Source: Lingula anatina (taxonomy: Eukaryota; Animalia; Brachiopoda). Taken from it: a stretch of DNA of 64,000 nt. The position numbers were made by a program, and so were the translations under genes. The notes below the pieces were generated by a model that worked only from the letters and a program-made list of their open reading frames with translations, had not been told where the DNA came from and did not search any database. How positions within the stretch are numbered: position 1 is the stretch's first letter; each line of letters opens with the position of its first letter. Location of the stretch: the NCBI GenBank assembly GCA_051362555.1, contig CM120640.1, forward strand, positions 36,041,967-36,105,966. The letters run 5' to 3'. Shown here one piece after another: positions 40,901 through 53,200 of this stretch.

Positions 40901-43900
40901 TTTTTTCTTAAATTATTTTAGTGAAAACGTGCTGCTTTCTATTCGGGAACCATTTATAAACACCACACTCTTTACTGAAGTGTGTGGAACTAATCGCATA
41001 AGGCAATTCCCGCGAAGACTTCCTTTGCTATTTCAAGTGTTCATGAGAACCGTGGCAGGTCTGCAATATTGCTTACTCCAGTGCATAGACAGAACCCCCA
41101 ACTAGAAGGGTTAATTATTTTTTCAAGTGTCCACAAGAAGTTGTAGCAATTAATCTGTTTAAAGGCTTTCGACGCCGTCTCAAGCATTTCAAATAAAGAT
41201 TGTCAGGTCAAAGTATTCAGATGCCTGAGTAAACACAATGGTTTTGATATGATACTGTACTTGATAGAAATGAAAACCGCATTTTTTTCTCCTTAGTCTG
41301 GGCGACAGATGCACAGTTTACAGTAGCGTGTCGTTCGAGTGTCGGCAACTGTATGAGAGAAATGGCTTTCCCATTGTGCGAACAGCATCGTATGTTTCTG
41401 CAGTGGCACTATTTTCAAACATAAGTGGCGTTACAAGAAACAAACTAGCATTCTCTACTTTAAAAGCACTTGGGAAGAGCTGATCCGCAGGCTTGTCTGA
41501 AATGTGTTTTCTTTGGTAGTTAGAACACCATTTTTCTAAAATGATGAACGAATCTGTTTTGATTTTTCTTGCCACTTTCTCTAGTCCAAAGCAGAACGCC
41601 AACTTGGCAATATGTATGTCACAGTTAGAATCAAATCAAGATGTATTAGATTAGAGTATAAAGCAGATTTGAATTTTACCTAAGCAAAACTCAGTTCGTA
41701 TCTCACCTAGGCTGGTTGCCAAATTGCCTGGATTTGAATCTAACCATCTCTGTTTTACTTGAGAGTGGTCCACTGAATGATGTTATTGTTGCTTATATAT
41801 ATTCGCTGTGTCAATTTTGTTGCGTTGAAAATTGAACTAAAACGCAAGTAAAACCCGATATACATACCTATGATTTATTTCTACGTTGGTATTACTTCAG
41901 ATATCAAAAAGCTGTCTTTATATGGTGATGACACGGATGGTGAACCCCCACAGAAGGACCAATCATCCCGGAGTTCGGATATGTACTATGACGGCACCCT
42001 TTCAGACTCCCCCCTGTACCGTGACCGTTACCAGTCATCCTACAGCAGCACCCCCTTTAGTCAACTGACCACTGTCCCCAAACGACCCTTCTTGCTGTCC
42101 AGGGAGCTAAAACAATTGGCCATTGAGGGAAATCGGATCAAGATTGTTCACGAGCGACAGTTTGAGATGTTGCACGATTTGAAGAAACTGTCACTAAAGA
42201 ATAACCGCCTGAAGACGATATCTCGTGAGGCCTTTGATGGGCTGACGGCCCTAGAGGATCTTGACTTGTCAGGGAACCATATTGAGGAACTTCATAAGTC
42301 CATTCTGCAGAAAACGACCAAATTGAAGCGACTAAACCTTAAAAGTAATCGGCTTTACTATCTGGACGAATATGCCCTTAGAACATTGACCCAATTAGAA
42401 TTTCTTGATATGTCAAATAATTATATCAACGACCTGCCAGCCGCCATCTTTAGCGAGCTGGTAAACCTCAAAGAACTCTACCTAGATAACAATAACATTG
42501 CCATTTTAGGCTGGATATGGTTCAGGCAACTTGCTCGGTTGGAAAAGTTGTCCCTAAAGGGGAATGGGGTTGTTGTCGTGCCGCCCCAGGCCTTTGAACC
42601 ATTATACAACCTCCGAGTTCTCTCTCTGGCTAACAACAAGTTGGACACTCTTACATATGACACCTTCAAAAATCTTGCAAAAATGGAAACATTGGATTTA
42701 TCAAACAATAGCATATCCAAGATTGACGACTCGACTTTCCATCACATGTCAAAGTTGGAATCCTTAAACTTGAATCGTAATAGGATCCAAAGTATTGGCA
42801 GACTTTTCCAAAGCAACTTCTCCTCACTACATGTGCTGTCTCTGTCAAGAAACCGGATTGAAACCTTGCAAAGCCAGGATATCCGGCGCGTTATGAAGCT
42901 GAACAAATTGGATCTTTCTTATAACAAACTAAAGGACATAAGAACCCGCACTTTTACCGGATTTACAAACCTGAGAATTCTTAAACTTGACCACAATGAC
43001 ATCAGAGACATTGAGGACGAGGCCTTTACTGTGGCTGTCGTGAATACCCTTTCAAAACTCACTTGGCTTTATTTACAATACAATGAAATGACAGCTATTC
43101 GTCCCAGGGCCTTATATGGACTGCCTTACCTAAAGTTTCTCAATTTAGCCCATAATAAAATCGAAAATATGGCCTCCACTTCCTTTAATTGGATGGGAGG
43201 AGTAAGGTCCCTCATGCTGAATACCAACAAACTTTCAAAGATCGACACTGGAATGTTCCAGAAAATGGGTGTCTTGAAACACTTGAACCTTGCTGACAAT
43301 AAACTGCGTACTTTGCCTTTCAATACTTTATTGGGGTTAGAGAATTTGGAGGAAATCAACCTTGGTTCAAACAGAATCAAAGGTCTGGCAGATGATGCCT
43401 TCTTGGACACCCCGAACCTGCGTAGAATTGACCTGCGCAGCAACAGGATAAACACTGTGGATATGAAAACATTTTCACCAATTTTACGACTGAGATACCT
43501 CAACTTCGCCAAAAACAAAATATCTCGTGTCAGGATGTCAGACACCCATCAGAAAAGTATAAAATATTTGTCGTTTGCGGACAACAACTTGGCGACATTA
43601 AGCGAAAAAGTCCCCATGATGATGAGACCTTACGGATATATCCATTTGTATGGCAATCCTTGGGCATGTGACTGTAGACTGGCATGGCTGGCAAACAGGG
43701 AGAACAGGCTCCGAGTTGTTAACAGTCATGACGTCATGTGCAAGACACCGTCTTGGTATACGGGAAGATCTGTAAGTAATTTTTTCTTTGAAATGCGATG
43801 CATGCTATTATGTAATCAAATTGAATAAGCTACCATATTAATTTATTTTATATTTAGATTGCGTTGCTATGATTTAAAGAGAGTTAGCATGCTAAAGATA

Positions 43901-45332
43901 CTTGGATATTGTAGAAGCCTCACGACCGCTGTTAAATAACTTGGAGAGGGATTCCTGAAACTTTAGTGGCTCGCACAGCTGTTGTTCAGTTAGCCCTAGG
44001 GTCTATGAAATGTGGCTCACACCTGACCTAACACGCATAAACTAACAACGTGCTTAGCCACTTATTGACATGATACCTATTGGGGGCAATTCTAGACGTG
44101 TTTTTGAACACGATGAAGCAATATTTTGCTTCTTACTGGAGATAAGGGAGATAAGGGATGTCCGTTTGACCTTTTCTACTTGTGAATTTTAGGTGCTAGA
44201 AATCCAGCCGGATCGTTTCGTCTGCGTTCCTCAGTCACGTGCGGCCGCCGCAATGCAAATGGGCCGACGTCATGTTGGTGGTCTAAGTTGTGCTTTACCG
44301 CCTGCAGATATTGAAAACATTGCCGCAACCCAGATAGCGTACGTATAGGCTTGTCGCAACGTGTAACATGACTGTACCTTGTTTGATCAAGGAATAAGAA
44401 CCTAATTTAAATCTAAACACTAATTTCGAGAACAGGAAGTTGGCGGTACAGTCTTACACGGAACGCAGAAATAGGAAGCATATTACGGAACGAATTATTT
44501 TTTATCAATCGTTTTTCCTTTCACCTAATAAACCAAATGATAGAATATTCCTTATCAGACACCCTACCCATAAACCCCCTAGGGTTTTTCACCGAGAATA
44601 ACTTTCTTTCATCCTATTTTTTCGTTACTTAGTTGGAAGAGGAAAGCAGTATTCCCCATGCACGCCACCGTCCTTAACACGGAGGGCTTACCCGCGTGCG
44701 CTGGCCTCCACGTGGACAGAGACTGGGTGCTAACCATGGGCAGCTGCCTGTCTCTTAAGCGTGAGGACGGATCGCCACTCGTGAACAGGACTGCTGCGGT
44801 CAGGCTCGGGGAGTACAGGGAAGGAAGAACGCGGGACGCCCCAAGGACGATTGAGTCGATATTTGTCCACCCACAGTCAAACAACGGTCGTTTCGACGTT
44901 GCCCTTGCCAAGCTGAAGCCAACGTATCAGTCTGGAGCGCGGGCTCAGGAGTACCCTTGCGTCTTGACGGAACACCACATAGATGTCGTTCAGAGGTTGA
45001 GTATGAAGGGCGTTGTCAGCGCTCAGCAATCGCGAGGGACTACGTCAACACGGGTTAAGCTTCGAATGGCTCCCATCTACCTCACCCCTAAACCTCAATG
45101 CAGAGCGTCTGGATTTATCTGTGGTACGTCGAAAATCTACAGAATTAAGCCGGACCAGGAGGTCCCTTACCGCACCAAAGGTTCCCCCTTGTTCTTTGAC
45201 ATGGGGCCACGCGGATGGACCATAGGGGGGATTCAGAATGGTCAGTTGAATGGCAATGAGGGATGGTTCATGCCGGCTTATGCTTATCTGTCTTGGATGG
45301 AAAACACCATACAAAGATACTCTAGACAGTAA
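30424..45332 (+). CDS. Secreted leucine-rich-repeat protein fused to an inactive trypsin-like serine protease homologue (about 1011 aa); exons 30424-30742, 41901-43771, 44193-44338, 44633-45332
   Basis: Signal peptide MAWNKAALVLLSLILCSEG; LRRNT CPYQCIC..C; about 21-22 typical 24-aa LRRs; LRRCT GNPWACDC..C..C; trypsin-like motifs CAGLHVDRDWVLTMGSC, FDVALAKL, GSPL, WTIGGI, YLSWME. Intron phases (1, 0, 2) join into one frame of 3036 nt. Confidence 0.85.
37893..38035. repeat. Poly(A) run of about 42 nt plus a stem-loop resembling a LINE (CR1/L2-like) 3' end remnant
   Basis: A-run at 37893-37934; hairpin ggacacaacagccg...cctgttgttgtgccc at about 37985-38030. The LINE assignment is inference. Confidence 0.35.
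38826..39057. mobile_element. Fold-back MITE-like element with imperfect arms of about 75 bp
   Basis: tggatcgatctatctccctggggagtctcact..gtctgtcacgccta is the reverse complement of taggcgtgacagac..agtgagactccccagggagttagaccgatcca. Confidence 0.75.
39375..39728. repeat. Diverged two-copy tandem repeat, unit about 175 bp
   Basis: actgtagaaca.aatgattact, gcgtgaga.gatgat..ccacgtacgttgtag and attctcac each occur twice about 170-175 bp apart. Confidence 0.8.
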
Positions 45333-46746
45333 AAAATTATGATCGGAATGAGATTAGTATATAGATAAGTTAAATGACGTGCGGACCAATATTATGGTTG
45401 ATTATACGCACTTTGCAGACAGGTTCAAACAACGAAAGCAAAACGATAGTTTTTCATAGCGAAATATTTCCGATTATGCAGGAAATTTAGTGGAAATAGA
45501 TTATTACAAGAACAGGTTAGACGATATTTAAATTATGAGAAAAATTTCGAGAGTTTTTTGGGTGGTAATATTAAAATGTTCACCACATTTGTAACATGAA
45601 GTAACCTGCTACACTTACACATTTGAAAAAGGTTGTATTTGACTATATTAACAACTGGTTATCTGGTGCAATATTATCATTGCTCTAACGGAATTTTACT
45701 GACCAGAAGTGGAAAAAAACGCATTTAAACGCAGGTTATACAAAGTTCACTAAATATTTCTGTGGTTGATTTAACTAAATGCGTTTAAACCTTATGAGAT
45801 TAGATGATGTTGTTTACCACATGAGATTTATCTTCTTGTTTATCAGCTCATTTGAAATTTCATTGCTTTCATTTTGACCTCCTTTACTATAACATTTTAA
45901 ACTATTTTCGAGGAGACAAAAATTAAGTCAACAGTTCTGTAGCATCTAAAAGTAGTACAAATATCATATTTATTTCATGTAATTTAGTCGTGTACGTAAC
46001 TAATCTCTTTTCTACATTTTCGTTCTAATAATATCATAGAGTTTTTTGTTGAGACACTGTTGTATATAGCTAAATATTGTATATAAGATGTAAATAGGCG
46101 TACTCCTTTGATTCGTTAACTTCGTTTTAATAAAGATAAGTAGTGGAATACTTGAACAGTGTGGCGAATGGCGTTCTTTGTTGGCGTGTCTTATGTGATT
46201 AACCACCTTGTAAGTTAGATGCATTTAACTTAATAATTTTGATTTTCACCAGTTTAAAGTGTTATTGGAATAAGTTATAAGTAGAACTTACAGCAAAATG
46301 ATATTTTAGTCGTTTGAAGCCAACTTGTTAAGGTGTTTCTTTAACAAAACGCTGTATGGCATGCACTTGAAAAAATTGGTGGCTGTCACAGAATTAACAG
46401 AGGAATCAAACCATGATTACTGAAACCAGGCTGTCATTCGACCCGTGATCTTTGTTAGTTGTGAAAAACTACACGGGAATGGATTTCTGACATAGCTTTA
46501 CAATACACTGCCATTATCATTGTACTACCTACCAGTTCCCATTAGTCAAGGGACGCCTGTCGTCTGCTCAATACAAGATGGATGCACTGGTCATTCAGGA
46601 GGCGTTTTGATGCCATAATTAAAGATACAATAAAATATTTATTTCGTAAACGTCTCCAGTGGTGCATATTAGTGCCGCGTGATGCGGATATCATTTATGT
46701 GAGCGTTCAATGAACTTGAAGTATGAGTGCTGCCGTGTTCATTATT

Positions 46747-46780
<34 letters not shown>

Positions 46781-46798
46781 ACCCCCAAGTTCTTTCAC

Positions 46799-46846
<48 letters not shown>

Positions 46847-46857
46847 ACACACACACA
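46747..46857. repeat. Compound microsatellite (CT)n-(CG)n-(CA)n
   Basis: Seen directly. Confidence 0.95.
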
Positions 46858-49004
46858 TGATTGTGAACACTAGCAAACGCGTAGTCATGAAATATATATA
46901 TCATTATTATTATATGTGATTTCCAGGTTTCAAAATACCAGGCATAACCGTACTGCCAAGAAAAACGCACGGGCAACCAAAAGAAGCAGAGCTTAAAATA
47001 GCAGATCGCCAAAAGACATTAATCACGAGATCTAATAATAGGTATTTCTCTTCTTAAATCATAATGAAGCACAGATTTATTGCCAGAATACATTTGTGTA
47101 ATGTGATCGAGTACCCTGAATTTGAGGGTTTCTCGGAAACGTCACGTTAGCATGCCACTGCTGACGGATACTGCCTGCTGTGATAAGAGTCACTGTGCAG
47201 TGCTACGAAACGCAGGGTGTGCAAAAGGGGCCTGTAACAAGCTATTCAAAGGAACAGCCTTGGGAAAGGTAGCAGTGCGAAGGAAAGGGTACGGAACGAA
47301 AAAGCAAGAGAGATTTATTTTGTTTATTTAGGAAATGGCCGGTTGTAGTGCAAGGCGCTGGCCATCCAGGGCTGTGTGGTCCGAGAGAAGCCCATTAAGA
47401 AATTGAGTATGACACTTATTACTCATCCTGGCCATATTCCCTTTATACTTAGCTGCTCAAAATGGCAGCCGCTCTCTTTCGCTGGGCTTCTTTCGTTCTT
47501 CCAAATGTTTTTGTTGTAAGTTTTGAAGGCGTTTTCGTATGCATTACAAGTATTGGTAACTTATTTTTGTCATCAATACCCAATGTAAATTTTACCCAAA
47601 ATCACTGATTGAAAAAACACTGCATCCAAACGAGTATTCTTGATCATTTTATTATATTCCTTCTGGCAACATATCTATCCGTTATGAAACTGCGTGCATT
47701 GTTGCGAATAACGACCAGATTGTGAGACCAATTTAATGCTTCTCAATTTAAAAAAATAAATCTCATTTGAAACTAAAATTATTCCCTCTGCCTTTTAGGT
47801 ATGATTACGTGAAAGTCGACGATTCAGAATGTATTAACATATATGGGCATTCGAAACTTTAAGTATTTAAAATGTTATTATTCTAGTTTTGCGAGCGCGT
47901 CTGCTACTTGGTCGAAATAGAATGCAACCATTCCTAACGGCTGTACAGGGGGGTATACAGCACTAGACGCCTCCAAGTGGCAGGACAGAGAGTGAGTGTG
48001 GATCTTTGGTACCACCCGCCGTGACAGGGACCTTGGGTGAGAGGGCAGGCAAACATCGCAGACAATTGCCCATTCCGAAAGAAATCTCCAAATTAATAAT
48101 AATTAGTGTGACTGCTATCTAGAATCAGGAAGGCATTTATCTTCGAGGGACCTCTATGCCTTCCTGTCTGTCTCTTCTATAATTTTGATCTGAGCGCCAT
48201 GTTTTGTCAAATCTACGAGAACACGCTTTTCGTGTATGCTATCCCTTATCTTTAGGAAATTATGATTGCGGTATTTTGATATGAAGTCGTTTTAAGTCTT
48301 CTGATGGTCAAGATTTCAGGGCGTTTTCCAGATTCTTTCTTTAGATGTTATTTTAATTTCGCTTTGTGCAGAAAAGCAATAACAAAAGAACAATAACAGC
48401 ACGTATTTCAAAACCGTTATATTTGCTAAAACTCACATTTGCTGCAAGCGTTAACATAAATATTCGCCAGTGACAGTTGTTTATTAGGTCTTATCTTACT
48501 ATTCTAAAAGTTTTAAAGGAAAATCTCACACAATATCACATATCCTAGATCATTTCAGGCCCATTGGCAGTTCACATGATGTGCAGAAAGCGAAGACGTA
48601 TTTTACATTGACTCAATTGAAAATTCACTTATGGCAAAATTCGATAAAACTGATAAAAACAAAAGCTTGTTTGAACACATTAAGAGCTTTTGCTTCTTAT
48701 ATATATACTACTTCTAATACTTCTGCTGTCGCTGTACCGTTGTTGCTGCCACTTCTAATATCTCTCGATTCTACTTGTTTTACTATTACCTGGTTTTTCT
48801 CTCTGGGTAATATCTTTGGGTAATATGCGGTAATGTCAAATAACGATATTGGTGGTTCAAGTCTTTATTGTCACGAGTTGTCACAGAGCACATAGTAGGT
48901 TGGTTCCACTCAGGTTCAGGAGTACAGTCAGCAACTTCGGAAAGCCCACTTGGTAGTATCTTCACTTCTCCTTTGGGGTTTAATTAATGGTTTCTTAATA
49001 ATGA

Positions 49005-49162
49005 TTGAGGCCGTCTTCTGGGTCTTCCGGAAGACGGTCAGATATTTTAAATTTACATTGACGGGTATCTAATTTTTTCTATCGGAAGACGGTCAAAAAT
49101 GGAAGATGGATCAACAAAGATAATTTGGAAGACTGTCAGAAAATATCTCTGGATCCGCCCCT
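49005..49162. mobile_element. Fragment of a non-autonomous DNA transposon (ctggatccgcccct terminus, repeated ggaagacggtca subterminal motifs)
   Basis: ggaagacggtca-like motif 3-4 times followed by ctggatccgcccct. The opposite terminus was not found. Confidence 0.4.
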
Positions 49163-49928
49163 CATAAGTTGAGATTAGGTATTGGTAAAATAAGCATAAA
49201 TAAAGCAATGTTCTCGGCCTTCAAATGTTTTGTCCCCAAAACCCCATAAGTAAAATAAGGTCTCAATGAAACTACTAAACTAATTTGGAAAAGGAAATAT
49301 ATGCAAACACCAATACCGCTATTACACGGTGCAGGGCCCGTCCACCATCACAGTGAGCATATCAACAATAGAAACAGATACATGAATAGTGCTCAAACAA
49401 TTAGTTAGAAGGTGTTTCCTAACTCAGAGATGCGTAGGGTCGTTTGGTCCGAGATAGATTTCTTGGATTTTAGACACTGAGGAGGTTGGCCTGGGGTAAA
49501 TTGTGGACGATGCAGGCTACGTATGTCCATGGTCTCACATAGGTCCATGGTATGTTTGAGGGAGGATGAAGTAGTGGGAGGCCGCAACTAGCATGTGAAT
49601 GTCCGTGACATGCGGAAGGTGAGTCGTTAGGTGCCACTTAAAACAACATAGCCTTTATTTATAAGGTCAGGGGGTAGTCTCATGCGACAACGCTGGTTTA
49701 TACTGACTGATGCGGGCAAAGTGCTCCAAACGGGGGTATGACACAAGAGAGTGGTGCAATGAGTATGGGAGACTTCAACTGTGTGTTGTTTGCACTACTA
49801 GTGCCAGCGCTGCCTTTCTAATCAGATTAATGCTATTAATCAATCAATATTTCTATCTATTGCCTTGTGGCAGAAATGTATCTAAGAACCATAGTCCGTC
49901 CCCTATTACTTTGTAGGCCTACAGGTGA

Positions 49929-50219
49929 TGTAACTGACAAGTAGCTATTTTTAGTAGTGTCTTGACCTTAATTGTAGTATCGGTGTTGATAGTATTTAGT
50001 TTTTGCCGGCACTTGTTTGTTAGACAAGTCAGATTCTCGCAACGAGTTTCACGTTGATTCAGATGAAAGTTGTTACCAGTTGTTTCCAGATGAAAGTTGA
50101 TGTAAGTTGACATAAGTTGATGTTAGACAATAAACAGTACCATTTGTTACCAGTTGATGTTACCAGTTGATGTTATATATCGTTGACAATTGAATAAAAT
50201 TGGACTGACACCCGCAACA
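49929..50219 (+). repeat. 5' LTR (291 bp)
   Basis: tgtaactgacaag...cacccgcaaca; contains AATAAA motifs and short internal repeats (gttaccagttg, agatgaaagttg). Confidence 0.96.
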
Positions 50220-50261
50220 GTGAAACTCGAGAGATCTAAAGGTCAAAGGTCAAAGATCAAA

Positions 50262-53200
50262 ATGGACGTGCAACAAAAAATGGAAGACATAGAAACGGCC
50301 AGCTTATTTAGCAGTTTGAGCACGAGCTCAACTGAAGCTCGCTTGAAAGCGAAGGCAAAACGGATGGCCATTGAGGCAGAATTGGCATCTTTTGAAGTGA
50401 AGAAACATTTGGACGAACAGGAATTGAAATTGAAACAACAAAGGGAGAAACTTAAGTTGGACACTGAAAGAGCAAAATTGTTAGCAGAGGAAACTGCGTA
50501 TGCTGAAGCTGAGATGGAGGCCAGTGCCCCAATTTCATCTACGAAACTGGACATTCAGGTAAATTCCGCCAACTTGACTCAAAACCAGAGTAGTTATGAT
50601 GTGATTCATCATTTAGTTAACTCTATACAAATTCCTAAAGTTGAAATAGACAAATTTGACGGAGATCCTCTTCAGTATTGGAATTTTATCAAAACTTTTG
50701 AAAATAGTGTGGAGAAAGAAACTGTGGACAGCGGCGCAAGATTAATTCGTTTGCTTCATTATACCAGTGGAAAAGCTCATGGTGTGATTCAGTGCTGTGC
50801 TGTAATGAACCCTGAAGATGGATATAAAAAGGCTAAAGCATTGCTTAAGGAAAGATTTGGTTCAGCCTACACTATTACGGAGACATGGGTTAAGAAAATC
50901 ACGACAGGCCCAGCCATAAAGGCAAATGATGTTACAAAATTGAGGGATTATGCCGACGAGTTAAGAACATGTGCTGAAACGCTTGAAGCAATGGGAAATT
51001 CCTCAGAGTTGAGCACACAAAGCTCACTGGTCAAAATCATTGAACGTCTCCCTGGTTATTTGCAGCACAAATGGAAACAAGAAGTACGTAAGATAAGAAA
51101 AGAAGAAAGGTGCCCAGATATTAAAGATGTCACTGCATTTGTTGTTGAAAATGCAGAAATAGCAAATGATCCAGTGTATGGTGGCCTAGCACATGTGAAA
51201 AGGAGTGACAGTCGCAGTGATTCACAGAGGCGACCCAACAACCGATGGAGTTACAGTATTACAGCTACCAGTTCACAGCCTAAGGGTGACACCAGTTCAC
51301 AGCCTTATGGTGACACAAGAAAATCTATTCAGTCACCATGCATTAAGTGTGGCAGCAGTCATTCATTATTTGGGTGTACAGAATTCAAAGCCATGAAGTT
51401 GCCTGAGAGACTCAAATTTGCCAATGACAACAAACTGTGTTACAACTGTTTAAAGCCAGGACATTTCTCAGAGATGTGTAGATTACAACGTACGTGCTCA
51501 GTGCAAGGGTGCAATCAAAAACACACTAAATTCTTGCACCAGGTGAAGCCAACTGTTACAAGGGAAACAGTTCATGAAGATATATCTCACATTCAGACAG
51601 GGCTAAACACTTCTCTCAGTGCTGTAAATGAAGTTTCGTATGGAGCTCATGGGACCAGAAAGGAAAGTGGTATGCGAATTGCCTTGCCAATAGTACCAGT
51701 GAAAGTGAAAGTTCCAGATAAATCACAGTTTGTGCACACCTATGCGTTGCTGGACTCGGGATCCACCAGTACATTTTGCTCAGAAGAGTTGATGCAGTCT
51801 ATTGGTGCACAGGGTGAAAATACAGTGTTAAAGCTTACAACCTTAGAAAAGGAACAAAGTGTCTCGGAGACTGTAGTGATCAGTTTACAGATTTCTGATT
51901 TAGAAGACAAAAATGTGATTGATTTGCCAGTTGTGTATACAAGACCATCATTACCTGTAAACATGGAAAACATGGGTCATGCAGAGGACATCAGAAAGTG
52001 GAGTCACTTACAAGATGTGAATTTTCCTGAAATAGATCACATGAATGCCAAGGTGAGCATAATAATTGGACAAGACAATCCAGAGGTGCTTATGCCTATT
52101 GATGTGAAGAGAGGTCAAAGTCCAAATGAGCCATATGCGACAAAAACTGTGTTGGGCTGGACATTAAATGGACCGCTTGGTGGCAAGCGTAGACATGTTG
52201 CCACGGCAACATTTATTCAGGCAGATCGTGAGCTGAATGAGCAATTGGAACAGTTTTGGAAAATAGAAGGCCATGGAACATTGATATCTGATAAAAAGGG
52301 TTTATCAGTTGAAGACAAGCGGGTCCTCGCTTTATGGGAAGATAAGATTCAACATGACGAGCATTACAGTTTGCCGATACCATTTAAAGACAGGCAGCCT
52401 CATTTTCCGCCAAACAAGCAGATGGCCGAGCAACGCCTAGATAGCTTAAAGCGAAAATTGTCACATGATCCTAACTTGCATCAAGCATACACAGAATTCA
52501 TGGAGGACTTAATTGACAAAGGTTATGCAGAACAAGTCAGCCCTGATGAAGTTGACAAAGAAGACGGCAGTGTATGGTACCTACCTCACCATAATGTTGT
52601 GAACCTCAAAAAACCAGACAAAGTAAGGGTAGTATTTGACTGTAAAGCTAGCCATCAGGGTGTCTCATTGAATAGTCAAGTTCTACAGGGGCCAGACATT
52701 GTGAATTCTTTATTAGGTGTATTGTTACGCTTTAGACAGCACCCTATAGCCATCATGTCTGACATAGAAGCCATGTATCATCAAGTGAAGGTACCAGAAG
52801 TGCAGAGAGATTCTCTTCGTTTTCTATGGTGGCCTAAAGGGGATCTGGAAGGAGAACAGAAAGTTTATCGAATGACAGTACATTTGTTCGGTGGCAAATG
52901 GAGTCCCAGTTGCTGTAATTTTGCATTGCAACGCACAGCAGAAGACAACAAAGGTCATTACGACACAGAAGTAGTCAATACTGTTTTACAGAATTTCTAT
53001 GTAGATGACTGTTTAAAGTCAGTAATGAGTGAAACAGAGGCAATCACCATGGTCAGTCAATTACAGAGTCTGCTGCAAACGGGAGGTTTCCACCTGACGA
53101 AGTGGATTAGCAACAGCAGAGAAGTGTTATCCAAGATACCAGACAAAGACAAAGCCAAGCCTATTAAGAATCTTGATTTGAATTTACAGGCCTTGCCAAC

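Noticed and set aside
22100-41800. Numerous 60-115 aa ORFs in the intergenic region and the 11-kb intron
   Set aside because: No recognisable motifs or consistent splice structure; several are microsatellite or poly(A) translations. The exception is 30424-30742.
41870-43828. Stand-alone 652-aa LRR protein or Toll-like receptor
   Set aside because: Both ends are intronic read-through (acceptor at 41900, donor at 43772). No transmembrane or TIR exon was found; the downstream exons encode a trypsin-like domain.
50190-50261. ORF-track start of the 1211-aa ORF at 50190
   Set aside because: It is a TTG inside the 5' LTR; the first ATG downstream of the LTR is at 50262.
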